Shown piece after piece: positions 34,101-47,541 of a DNA stretch of 64,000 nucleotides. The DNA is from Macrostomum hystrix (taxonomy: Eukaryota > Animalia > Platyhelminthes). The stretch's first letter is position 1. Each line of letters begins with the position of its first letter. A program made the translations under genes and the position numbers. The notes beneath the pieces were generated by a model, which saw only the letters and a program-made list of their open reading frames with translations, did no database searches and was not told the origin of the DNA. The stretch covers positions 2,418,001 to 2,482,000 of the forward strand of contig CATNEN010000003.1 in NCBI GenBank assembly GCA_950097015.1, written 5' to 3'.

Positions 34101-37100
34101 TTAGTCTGAGTAGTGCATTGCTGTAGCCTGCAGCTGCATCGGAGCGGAGGAGAACACTGCGATGATAGCAGTCATGCTAGCTATGATGCCCGCTATATTT
34201 AGCCCGAATGCCAAGTGACCGAACCGCTTGGCTTTTCTTCTCCACTCCGGGTCTGTGCGCTGGGTCCAGAGTCTGCGGGGTACGTTCGTTGAGAAGTTTT
34301 GAAAATTTTGAGGCGCGCGATCTAACGATTCTTGGAATCTAACGATTCTTGGAATCTAACGATTCTTGGAATCTAACAATTCTTGGAATCCAACGATTCT
34401 TGGAATCTAACAATTCTTGGAATCTAACGATTCTTGGAATCTAACGATTCTTGGAATCTAACAATTCTTGGAATCTAACAATTCTTGGAATCTAACAATT
34501 CTTGGAATCTAACAATTCTTGGAATCCAACGATTCTTGGACTCTCTGAAGTTATATACAAAATTAGGAATGACTCTTAACGTTCAGCACGGTTCCTTACA
34601 CTGTCAGCTAGTGTCTTTCATCGAAAATGCTAGCGATATTTATGTAATGCATTTTTTGGCCAGAAGCCAGAAGTTAAAGCAACAGACAGCATAAAGAGTG
34701 CAATCATACAGACCTATGCGATTTGACTGAAGCGCAAACTGCCATAGCTCCAAATAGTAGATTGATGCACAGCATCACCAGAATGGACATAATGAAGTAC
34801 GTCACCTCATTGTTATTCTCCATGTCTGTCAGTTGACTTCTTGACGGCAGAAGAGGCGGTGGTAGAGAATTTCCGTCTGTCAAAATGGTGGGCTTTCTAT
34901 AAAAGGTTAATTCTTTCGCTAGCTTTTTTACGGAGGAAAATACTAATTTACAAAGGATCAGTGGGGTGTCAGAGAGAGATCAGGGAAGTGTCAGAGAGAT
35001 CAGCGGGGTGTCAGAGAGAGATCAGTGAGGTGTCAGAGAGAGATCAGGGAAGTGTCAGAGAGATCAGCGGGGTGTCAGAGAGATCAGTGAGGTGTCAGAG
35101 AGAGATCAGTGAGGTGTCAGAGAGAGAGATCAGTGAGATGTCACCTCACTGAGAGATCAGTGAGGTGTCAGAGAGAGATCAGTGAGGTGTCAGAGAGAGA
35201 TCAGGGAAGTGTCAGAGAGATCAGCGGGGTGTCAGAGAGATCAGTGAGGTGTCAGAGAGAGATCAGTGAGGTGTCAGAGAGAGATCAGTGAGGTGTAAGA
35301 GAGAGATCAGTGAGGTGTCAGAGAGAGATCAGGGAAGTGTCAGAGAGAGATCAGTGAGGTGTCAGAGAGAGATCAGGGAAGTGTCAGAGAGAGATCAGAG
35401 AAGTGTCAGAGAGAGATCAGGGAAGTGTCAGAGAGATCAGGGAAGTGTCAGAGAGATCAGTGAGGTGTCAGAGAGAGATCAGGCAAGTGTCAGAGAGATC
35501 AGTGAGGTGTCAGAGAGAGATCAGGGAAGTGTCAGAGAGATCAGTGAGGTGTCAGAGAGAGATCAGGGAAGTGTCAGAGAGATCAGTGAGGTGTCAGCAA
35601 GAGACCAGTGAGGTATCAGAGAGAGAGAGATCAGTAATGCGTCACAAAGACTTTTAAGTTATGACTTCGGTGTAAGCTGAAGATTTTTCTGAAACATCAG
35701 AACCAAATTGCCATAACGTTGAGAAAGTCGATAAATTTAAACTCGATCGTACAAGAGTTACAAATGCATCAGACGAAAGGCAAATTGCAAAAGTGCAATT
35801 GGACTTTGGAGTTTGACCAGCGATAGGGAAATTTGAAACTCTGGCATTTTGCGAATCCTGCACGTGCAAGCTTGGTTGGTGATTAGGTGCTAATTCAATT
35901 TCGTAACTCATCATCAGAAACTGGTTGGCTGGTTTCAATGGGAAATGTAATTCGAAATACAATATGCTTGTTTGGGATAAACTTATCGAAAATCTACAAA
36001 CTACTACATACTAAACTCGATTTTCAGAATCGATCAGGGATTCCTAGAATCGATCAGGGATTCCTAGAATCGATCAGGGATTCCTAGAATCGTCCAGAGA
36101 TACCTGTTAGACAGAAGGATACCTGTTAGACAGAAGTATAACCCGTTAGACAGAATGATAACCTGTTAGACCGAAGGATAACCTGTTAGACAGAAGGATA
36201 ACCTGTTAGACAGAAGGATACCTGTTAGATAGAAAGATAACTGCTAGACAGAAGGATACCTGTTAGATTGTAGGATACCTGTTAGACAGAAGGATACCTG
36301 TTAGACAGAAGTATAACCTGTTAGACAGAAGGATACCTGTTAGACAGAAGGATACCTGTTAGACAGAAGGATACCTGTTAGATAGAAGGATACCTGTTAG
36401 ACAGAAGGATACCTGTTAGACAGAAGGATACCTGTTAGATAGAAGGATAACCTGTTAGACAGAAGGATAACCTGTTAGACAGAAGGATACCTGTTAGATA
36501 GAAAGATAACTGTTAGACAGAAGGATACCTGTTAGACAGAAGGATACCTGTTAGATAGAAGGATACCTGTTAGACAGAAGGATACATGTTAGACAGTAGG
36601 ATAACTGTTAGACAGAAGGATACCTGTTAGACAGAAGGATAACCTGTTAGATAGAAGGATACCTGTTAGATAGAAGGATACCTGTTAGACAGAAGTATAA
36701 CCTGTTAGACAGAATGATAACCTGTTAGACAGAAGGATAACCTGTTAGACAGAAGGATACCTGTTAGATAGAAAGATAACTGTTAGACAGAAGGATACCT
36801 GTTATATTGTAGGATACCTGTTAGACAGAAGGATACCTGTTAGACAGAAGTATAACCTGTTAGACAGAAGGATACCTGTTAGACAGAAGGATACCTGTTG
36901 GACAGAAGGATACCTGTTAGACAGAATGATAACCTGTTAGACAGAAGGATACCTGTTAGATAGAAGTATAACCTGTTAGATAGAAGGATAACCTGTTAGA
37001 CAGCATGATTAACTGTAGGATGGACACAAGTTAACTGTTCAACATACTATGCAAACTCACCTTTAATAATCAGAGTTTTCGTGTCTGGTACAGTTCCTAT

Positions 37101-37178
37101 CTTCGACTCAATTATCTTAGCCAATTTTGCTGAACTTCCAACGCCAAAATTTGTTATTGTAGATACTTTTATCTCCAT
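34101..37178 (-). CDS. CD225/dispanin (IFITM/PRRT-like) membrane protein
   Basis: Exons 34896-34714 and 34272-34101 splice in phase to give …YFIMSILVMLCINLLFGAMAVCASVKSHRLW…KAKRFGHLAFGLNIAGIIASMTAIIAVF…, the two-hydrophobic-segment CD225 pattern. A candidate first exon at 37178-37061 needs an unresolved intermediate exon; alternatively the start is the ATG at 34823. Confidence 0.7.
34320..34540. repeat. 17-bp minisatellite (tctaacgattcttggaa), intronic
   Basis: About 13 copies. Confidence 0.95.
34957..35635. repeat. ~21-bp minisatellite (gagagagatcagtgaggtgtca variants)
   Basis: Tandem copies. Confidence 0.95.
36026..37005. repeat. Short 20-bp array (36026-36090) followed by a 19-20-bp minisatellite (acctgttagacagaaggat)
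   Basis: About 45 copies of the second unit. Confidence 0.95.
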
Positions 37179-37667
37179 GACAACCACAGGCTTGATCAGA
37201 AGTGGCGTTTAAACTGTCTAGCAGTTCCTATTTTATAATTTAGCATTTCATTTAATATAATGTAAGTATCCGGAGTTTAACTAATGTGCGGTTCATTCAC
37301 AGGCTATTATACAACATGTAAAGTCATGCGCTATTCGCTGTAGAATATAAAGTTCGTCTCATTCTGTGACTCCTCATTCATTGGCCAGCGCCGTATATTT
37401 TTTAATTCGCTCTCTCTCTCTTTTAATCTATTCCGCAGCATATTTAAGCTGGCGAAAATCTAATTAGCATTATATGATATAATTAACTGCATTGAAATTG
37501 TCGCTCTGCCACTTCAAAGTACATCGCGTTGGGTGCATGCAGCAATCAGCTTCTCAAGTGCAAGTGGATTTATACGCGAAAATTGATTCCGTAGCAAAAC
37601 TATATTAATTAATTAGTATGCAATTTGGAGAAGCATTTGGTATTTGGTTACTTACCTCAAATATTTT

Positions 37668-37975
37668 TAGACACGTGAGTGTCCATTCAGACAGGTGAGT
37701 GTCGGCAAGGACAGGTGAGTGCCCTTTCAGACAGGTGAGTGTTTGTTCAGACAGGTGAGTGTTTGTTCAGACAGGTGAGTGTCTGTTCAGACAGGTGAGT
37801 GTTTGTTCAGACAGGTGAGTGTTTGTTCAGACAGGTGAGTGTCTGTTCAGACAGGTGAGTGTCTGTTCAGACAGGTGAGTGTCTGTTCAGACAGGTGAGT
37901 GTCTGTTCAGACAGGTGAGTGTCTGTTCAGACAGGTGAGTGTTTGTTCAGACAGGTGAGTGTTTTTTCAGACAAG
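37668..37975. repeat. 20-bp minisatellite (ttcagacaggtgagtgtctg)
   Basis: About 15 copies; a related array lies at 38626-38897. Confidence 0.95.
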
Positions 37976-38625
37976 TCCTTACCAAAATGTGAGCGACATC
38001 CTCACGAACAATGAGGCATTCATTATTATTATCTTAGCTTTATTAAATTACTGCTTTTCTTGACTGAAGAGATTCACTAAATAAACTATAAACTTAGCCG
38101 CGTAAAAACTATTTTTAGGAAAAAAATAGATCAAGGAAACGTATTTTGCTACTGAACAAGTAGCTTAAATTTCTCCACATTTCTGCTTCAGTTCTGTTTG
38201 CAACTGCGCCTAAAAGTTCAAATTCTTTTTTAGGACATTACAGTTTTGCATCACCAATATAAATTACTGAGAAATGATCAGAAAAAAATGTAGACATGGA
38301 ATGAATGTCTTAAAATGTGACAAGACGGCATTTCGGAAGTTTTTTATGTACATTTAATTAATTTAGATGACGTGTTCTTTACGTCTATCAATTGACAGAC
38401 AGTGTCTACATCGCAAAGCAAAAGTGCGCACTAAAGGCACTAATTCTATCTCGTTGACGTCATAACCTTTTTTATGGTGTCCTTATTTATAGCTTCATCG
38501 ATTCCTGTCAAGTCTTTTTGTAAAACAAAAACTTTCGACTACATTTTTCCTTCGCACCACCTGCCCTTTCGTGTGCCTAAAAATGGATTTATATCCTGAC
38601 AGAAAAAACACTTCGTAACTAGCCT

Positions 38626-38897
38626 TTCAGACAGGTGAGTGTCCATTCAGACAGGTGAGTGTCCATTCAGACAGGTGAGTGTCCGCTCAGACAGGTGAGT
38701 GTCTGCTCAGACAGGTGAGTGTCTGCTCAGACAGGTGAGTGTCTGCTCAGACAGGTGAGTGTCTGCTCAGACAGGTGAGTGTCTGCTCATACAGGTGAGT
38801 GTCTGCTCAGACAGGTGAGTGTCTGCTCAGACAGGTGAGTGTCCTTCCTTTTAGACAGAAGACAGAACAGTTAGGGTCCGCTCAGACAGGTGAGTGT
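38626..38897. repeat. 20-bp minisatellite (ctcagacaggtgagtgtctg)
   Basis: About 11 copies. Confidence 0.95.
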
Positions 38898-39976
38898 CAA
38901 CATTTATAGATCAGGAATAACCCTTCGTATAATTCGTTGGAGCAATGGAGCAACATGTGTGGTAAGTCATATCAAAATAAAGGCTTTGGATCAGCTGCTA
39001 ACAAAAAACGATCATCAATTTAACATGACCTCGGTATTTGTACAATAACTTTCGCCGAAAAATCCCAACCCTCATTTTGTCGCATTTGCGACATTTGATT
39101 GTACCCCAATCGTAAAGTGTAGCACCAACTGTTTTTGTACTGTTTTTGACTCAGGTCGATAACAGAGAAACCCCATACGGGTTTGTTGATCAGTCATACG
39201 GTAAGAAGCTCTGCACTAAGACCGGGATATACTTTTCATGTTTTCTCATTTTTACTTTTAGTGCTACTTATTATTAAGCAGTGAATTCACATGCCTCTGT
39301 ACGCATTGGGTGTAGATGGAAGAACTTCTGTATCATAAGCCTCAGTCGGCTCTACTTAATGGTAAGTCAGACCATTAAGGTGCGCTCAGTCAGGTGCGCT
39401 CTCGTCCACATTTGGTAAGAAATGTGAAGGTATGCGCTACGAACAGACGACCAAGCGTAGTGAATCAATGAGCTATTTTTAGATCCAGATTGCTGGTATG
39501 GATTTCCAGCTGGCTGGCTGGGTAAAATTTTCTTACCCCTGCACTAGACGAGAAACGTAGCGCCAAGTCTGCGATCAATAAAGTGTACACTCCCTGCAAC
39601 CCCCCGAAGCCTAATGTACATATGTGAGGAGGGTTGAAAACTCGTCGCGCTCACTAGAGAGAAAGAAGATAAGAGCTGTACAGTCAGAAAATCGCTTCCA
39701 TAGTCCAAGCATCAGCTGACTTGAGGCCGTAGGGTGGCGAAATTTTCCCAATACACAGTCAAGACGCGACCCCAACCGACGCGGAGTATATATGTATCTC
39801 TTGCCCATTCTACTTCTTTAAGCTAAGAGGTTTATTGTCAGTTTTAATTCTAAGGTCTTTTCTTAGAATTCGCTGCCTTTTATTCTACACATTTCTTCGC
39901 CACTCCTCGTTTAAATAAGGAGTTTATTCTAACTTTACTACTCAGTCAAAGAGAGCTAGCTCATTTATAAAATTAA

Positions 39977-40423
<447 letters not shown>

Positions 40424-42522
40424 TCTTAACGTTAAAATGAATTTATATTCGTTATCTGTAATTGAAATGGACCAATAATTTACTATAGTTTGCTAATTAA
40501 TTGTCTCATTGGAGGTTTTGGATTTAAACTATGGGATCGGATAAAAAGTCATTACGGTACGCCTGCCTGTTTTTTGTTCTGTTAATTTTAAATTAGCGCG
40601 AACTTCATTATCGTTAATTAAATATACATTTCCCGTGTCATTTAAAAAAGATCGGAATGCATACTTTATATGCATAGCTTATAAAGCAACTTGAAATTCT
40701 ATTGATTTTGCTATCTGTTCATAGTATTTGCTGTAGCATTATTGTGCTTTAATATCGACGCTTTTGCTGTTAATTCTTAAATTATGCGCGAAAATTAATT
40801 CCTCCGACTTATACTGTATTAACAAGCAATGTAAAACTTAGGCCAAGTGTCCTAAAATAGTATTGTCACCTGACTCACCTTAATATTTATATCCGTTGTG
40901 ATTAAATCGGTTTTACTGAACATCAGAAATAAATGTATTTAAAGTACTACTTATATTAGTTGCTTTAAAACATAGGCACCCTTTGATTATACTTTGTACT
41001 TGAAAATCTTGTACAATTGTACAGTTGTACTTGATAGATTGCCTTGAAAATCTCGAAGTTTTTCTAAAAGAGATTTTCTTGCACTTTACTAGATATTTAT
41101 ACAGATTTTTCTTGTGATGTTTACTAACATCTCAGTCATTTAAACTTTTAAATATAGTGTGGGTCTATATAACTATTCTCAGTTATATACTAATGATATT
41201 TAAATTTTATAAACTTTGTATTTAACGCGTTTTAGAGTAGGATTAAGGAATTAAAGCTTATAGCAGTTAATTTAAACAGATTGTTACTTTCTTGTCAGGC
41301 TTAGACACTCTTTTATTGGCATTGGTAATTACCGTATATGAATAATAAATATTGTCACATTTCCCAGTCCATGAGAAGAATTGTTACCGTCTTCTGCATT
41401 TTAAAACTCTCGAGAGCGTAACTACGTACATTGGTGAATATTCCTAGAAATATTGATTCTAGACATGGACTATAAAATATTTATTGATTCGGGCTTTACT
41501 AATAAACGTAGGCTTTTTTGAAACAGAATAATTGCTCTTAACTAAAATGCGTTAACACATTTCAATATAGATTGTGCATAACTTTCCTTCGCATGCTTAA
41601 TGTACAACCGAGTGCTTCAGTTAAAATCCCAGGAATCCCCCAGGTATCCCAACACGTGCACATATCACTTTTTCAAACATATTAAATTGACTGCCTATCA
41701 TGTGACATCTCTTATAAAAATATTTCAGTCTAGCCTAGCTAGGTGTAGAAAATAGGATGAAGTCGGCATCATTTAACAGCGGCAACAGAAACAAGAGACA
41801 GACAACGCTTGAATATATTTAATTCTCACAAAGAGATTTTTCAAAACTGCAAAATATGGACAAAATAAATTAAAGTTTAAACAAGCTGCGCGTGCATTTA
41901 AGCGATAGGCGAAACAGACTCGCCAAAGTAATTTTTGCGAGAGATTAGACATTTTTTGGAGGAAACTTTGACGCAAGACATATTTGTAGTATAATTTGCG
42001 TTTAATTGTACTGTCATGCCATTGAATCTTTTGTGACACTATAAAAAACGGAGTGGATGAAAAAAAACTAAACACTAACCATGCTTTTTCCGGTACAAAT
42101 TGTAAGTACGAGATAATTGTTCAGTGCGTTAATTTAGCTATCGAAAATTTCTTTCTGCTGCTACTATAAGTAGGCATACTATGCAAGTCGTAGGCATAAT
42201 TTATTTTCTGCGCTTAAGCTTTCACCATACAGTCATTTTTACTACACCACAGCCTGTTTAAGATATTTTTAATACTAGTTTTTTGCATTAGATTAATTGA
42301 TTAACAAAAATTGCTTCACATTTCCATTACACAAGAAAAGACAAGATAGCTCGCACATAACTTTTAATGACGTGGGTATCAGAAAATTTTACAGTTTTAG
42401 AAATGAAGTTAGAAATTAAGCAAAACAAACAGACGAAGGAGTTTACACGTTTAAGAGATGACGACAAAATAACGAAAGAATTAAAACATTGGGCACATTT
42501 TGAATTCCCCGCCTTAATTCAA

Positions 42523-42953
42523 GGCAGCAGGGAGGGTGGGGGGTAGCAGCGAGGGTGGGGGGCAGCAGGGAGGGTGGGGGGTAGCAGAGAGGGTGGGGGC
42601 AGCAGCGAGGGTGGGGGCAGCAGGGAGGGTGGGGGGCAGCAAGGAGGGTGGGTGGCTGCAGTGAGGGTGGGGGGCAGCAAGGAGGGTGGGTGGCTGCAGG
42701 GAGGGTGGGTGGCAGCAGCGAGGGTGGGGTGCAGCAGGGAGGGTGGGGGGCATCAGCGAGGGTGGGTGGCTGCAGGGAGGGTGGGGGGCAGCAAGGAGGG
42801 TGGGTGGCTGCAGTGAGGGTGGGGGGCAGCAAGGAGGGTGGGTGGCTGCAGGGAGGTTGGGGGGCAGCAAGGAGGGTGGGTGGCTGCAGTGAGGGTGGGG
42901 GGCAGCAAGGAGGGTGGGTGGCTGCAGGGAGGGTGGGGGGCAGCAAGGAGGGT
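42523..42953. repeat. G-rich minisatellite (gggagggtggggggcagcaaggagggtgggtggctgca) 3' of TFAP2
   Basis: Tandem degenerate copies. Confidence 0.9.
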
Positions 42954-43145
42954 TGATTATAATTTTCATATTTGCAATTAACAGTCGGGATTCTTAGAAA
43001 AGCAGAGTTTAAAATTTTTTTTCTAGGCAAAGCAGTGTACGAAAAAAACATAGCATTGCAAATTAGTCGAATAGTTAATTATTTTCGAATAGATTTACGA
43101 ATTGCAAGTAAATAGCTACATAGATGATACCATTTTGCAATGAAA

Positions 43146-46100
43146 TCATTTATCGTGATGCTTTCCTCCTGTCTGCGTATCTGATCCCATTTTTGCCATG
43201 CCGACTGACGTCGCCGAGCCGGACACCTCCCTGTCCAGAGACTTGATCATCTCGCTAAATATGCTCTGCAGCGCCGTGAAGGCTGACACCATGGCCGGGG
43301 CGCCGAAGCCGTGTGTGATGAGGCTGAAGTGAGTCAGGTGGCGCTGAATTCCGGCATCTAGGACAGCGTTTGGCCGAGTGTTGCACAATGGCGAGCGGTC
43401 TTTGTTGAGCATGTCCGTCACTTCTTGGAGTAGGCCCCTGAAGTTTGAGCACAGTTTTTTTTTCAATAACAACTAGGATTTTTCTTTTAGAAATATTGGA
43501 TACTAAAAAAGATAGGATCAAATGAAAATGGGATCATAAGAACATATGGGATCTTTCTTAAATATGGGATCTTTCCTGAATATGGGATCTTTCCTGAATA
43601 TGGGATCTTTCCTGAATATGGGATCTTTCCTGAATATGGGATCTTTCCTGAATATGGGATCTTTCCTGAATATGGGATCTTTCCTGAATATGGGATCTTT
43701 CCTGAATATGGGATCATTCCTGAATATGGAATCTTTCCTGAATATGGGATCTTTCCTGAATATGGGATCTTTCCTGAATATGGGATCTTTCCTGAATATG
43801 GGATCTTTCCTGAATATGGGATCTTTCCTGAATATGGGATCATTCCTGAATATGGAATCTTTCCTGAATATGGAATCTTTCCTGAATATGGGATCTTTCC
43901 TGAATATGGGATCTTTCCTGAATATGGGATCTTTCCTGAATATGGGATCTTTCCTGAATATGGGATCTTTCCTGAATATGGGATCTTTCCTGAATATCAT
44001 GGGATTTTCAAATCACTGGATTTTTCGTAAGTATGGGTTCTCGTCCATTTTAAGATCTCTCATAAATATGGGACTTTTAAAAAAGAATTTTGAGCAAAAT
44101 GAAGCAACTCACTTGGCGGCTACAATCGAACTCTTGCGGTGCTGTAGCTCGGCCGGGTCGGGACCGACGCCGCGGTTGAGAAAATCGGCGCAGGCTCGAG
44201 CTGGGAATTCCGTCTCGCACAGGTAGCTGAAGTCGCGGGCCAGCCTGACCGACTCACCTGACAAATTCAATGGGATCTAAATAGACAATGGGATCTAAAT
44301 AGACAATGGGATCTAAATAGACAATGGGATCTAAATAGACAATGGGATCTAAATAGACAATGGGATCTAAATAGACAATGGGATCTAAATAGACAATGGG
44401 ATCTAAATATACAATGGGATCTAAATAGACAATGGGATCTAAATAGACAATGGGATCTAAATAGACAGTAGAATAAATATACAATTAATGGAATCCTAAT
44501 AAATCATCAATGGGATTCTAAAAAGTCATTGATGGGATCTTAGTTAAGCATCTATGGGATCTTAATAAACAATCGATGGGATCCTAAAAAACCATCAACG
44601 AGATCTTAATAAACAATCGATGGGATCTTAATAAATAATCGATGGGATCTTAAAGAATCATCGATGGGATCTTAATAAAAAACCGATAAGATCTTAATAA
44701 AAAATCTATGGGATCTTAATAAATCTTCGATGAGATCAAACTAAACAATCAATGAAATTTTTACTAACCGTGGGATCTTTTGGAGGGAAAATGGTTTTTA
44801 TGTTACCGGGAATATTTGAACAGAAGCACTCTAAAACTCGGTCATGGATGGTGTTAGAGCGACCGAAAAACCGAATGATTGCTAAAACTTTCCTTTAACT
44901 TTGAGCATAGAAATGAGATAAAAATCTCGCAGCTGCCTTTTCGTCTTTAATTCTTTGTCCATAAGGGGCTAATTTCTACATGAAATCTCACGTTTCTTGA
45001 GTAATTCTCTTTCCAACACCCCAGCAACTCCAGTTATTCTCAACCACTCCCAAAGCAAGATTCTGGGAGACCATAAAACACGCGAACCCATAGAATATCC
45101 CTTTCTTTTAAGTTTTTATTCTCATTGTGAAAAAAGACGAGGAAATTTGATCATTGCTATCAGCATAATCGTATTAGCAGCCCATTTTAATATTTCTTGA
45201 AAATATCCCTTATGAAAAAAGCAGCTTTTTCGTTACCACGAGTCCTTGTTGCTAGGGGTGTGGGGTGCTGCTGAGAAGGTGACAGAAAATCTGCTTTTGG
45301 TGTAACTCAATCTCCCTGATCCTCTCAACTCTGGGGGTAGAGAAAGAGCAGTGGTGACTCATGTTCATCTCATCGTCATTTTACATGGCGTAGAATGTTT
45401 GAAAATTTCAGCAGAAAATTCTGGAAGCCTTACAATACAATACTATTGGACACATTGAGTATGAAAAATAATCTAGAACATGTGGCTTCTAAAAATAACT
45501 AAATTCTCACGTAGAACTACAATTCCTGTGTAGTCTTTCTTTTATTTTTCTAACCTTAACTGTCAAGCCTGTAATATACTATCTCTCGCCTGATCAGTCT
45601 AACATTACTCTATCGCCTCTCGCCCTTCTAAAGTCAAGATCCACTCGCCCAATCGCCTTCTCGCCTCATCTACTTTCCTTCTCGCCCTTTCCAAGTCTCT
45701 CCACTCGCCCTCTCGCCTTCTAAAGTCTCTCTACTCACCCTCTCGCATTCTCGCCCTCTCGCCCATCCAAAGTCTATCCTCTCGCCCTCTCGCCCATCCA
45801 AAGTCTATCCTCTCGCCTTCTCGCCCATCCAAAGTCTATCCTCTCGCCCTCTCGCCCATCCAAAGTCTATCCTCTCGCCCTCTCACCCATCCAAAGTCTA
45901 TCCTCTCGCCCTCTCGCCCATCCAAAGTCTATCCTCTCGCCCTCTCGCCCATTAAAAGTCTATCCTCTCGCCCTCTCGCCCATCCAAAGTCTATACTCTC
46001 GCCCTTTCGCCCATCCAAAGTCTATCCTCTCGCCCTCTCGCCCATTAAAAGTCCATCCTCTCGCCCCCCGCAGTCTCACCTTCAACCAGCGAAGTCAGCA

Positions 46101-47504
46101 GTGTCACGGTGGCAGCCTTTCGTCGGCCAGCTGGCAAATTCAGGCCGATTTTGTCCAGCTTGTCGCGCAACGATCTGCCGCCATTCTTGCTCTTGGCCCG
46201 ACGCAGAACACCGCCGAGAAGAGAGGCGTTTAGACACTCCGGCGGACTCAACCGGCGCTGAATTTCCGCCACCGTGACTTTGTACTTGGAGGTGCTGGAT
46301 AGTAGACTCAACCTGCCAGGCACTGAGCAGAACAGCTCCGATGGCGCGCCGAGACCAGCTCCTATCAGGATGTCTTTGGCTGCGGCGGCTGCGGCAGCTG
46401 CTGCGGCTGCGGCTGAATCAGAAGTTGATTTTGTGCGAATGCCTATTGATGATGGATTGATTGTGTCAGATGAGTGACTCTCAGATATGTCAGGTGAGTG
46501 ACTGTCAGATACTTGATTAAAAATTAACACTCACAAAACTCACTTCGTCTTGTTACGGCCTGGTCGGGTGACATGTACGAACTGTCCTCTAGACTGGACT
46601 GAAATTTATTTGTGGATTGAGTTGCAGAGATGCACATTTATTTTGTCTGCCACTGCCTGTGAATCTCCTCATTCTCCAGCCCCTTCATATTTCTCTTTAA
46701 TGTCTCATCTCTTTCATTTCTCATCTCTCCCCAGTCTCAACTCTCCCCTGTCTCATCTCTCTCCTGTCTCATCTCTCCCCTGTCTTATCTCTTCCTGTCT
46801 CATCCCCCCTGTCTCATATCTTCCTGTCTCATCTCTTCCTGTCTCATCTCTCCCCTGTCTCATCTCTCCCAAGTCTTATCTCTCCACTGTTTCATCTCTC
46901 CCCAGTCTCATCTCTCCCCGGTCTCATCTCTCTCCCCTGTCTCATCTCTCCCCTGTCTCATCTCTCTCCCCTGTCTCATCTCTCCCCTGTCTCATCTCTC
47001 CCCTGTCTCATCTCTCCCGTGTCTCTTCTCTCCCAAGTCTTATCTCTCCTCTGTTTCATCTCTTCCCGGTCTCATCTCTCCCCTGTCTCAAAAGCAAAAA
47101 GCTTACCTGGTTATCCAAGCTATGAACTGACAATCCGAGTCCAAGATGTTCCAGATGCTGCTGATGCTGCTGATGCTGTTGCAACTGCTGCTGCTGCTGA
47201 TGATGCTGAAGATGCTGCTGCTGCTGCTGTTGCTGTTGTTGATGCTGCTGCTGTTGCAGATCGTGTCTTCCACGAGCGGCCAGAGCGGCAGTGGCCACAG
47301 CGGCGGTCTGGTAGCCCCTGCAGCCGTGGGGATCAGCAGTTCCGTAGATTGAGCCGTAGCCAGCAGCGTTGGCGCTGGCAAACTGGTGCCAGGGATCGTG
47401 GAATTCGGCTGCTGACATCGAGTGCTGATGCGCGGCCTGGTGCGGGTGATGCGGGTAGGGCGGCGGAAAATATGGCGGTTGAAAGTCTGCCGGCGGCTGC
47501 TGCG

Positions 47505-47541
<37 letters not shown>

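Noticed and set aside
46443-46530. Extension of the TFAP2 exon to an acceptor at 46512 ([16 protein letters not shown])
   Set aside because: It would leave a 32-nt intron. The in-phase acceptor at 46443-46444 gives a plausible 101-nt intron.
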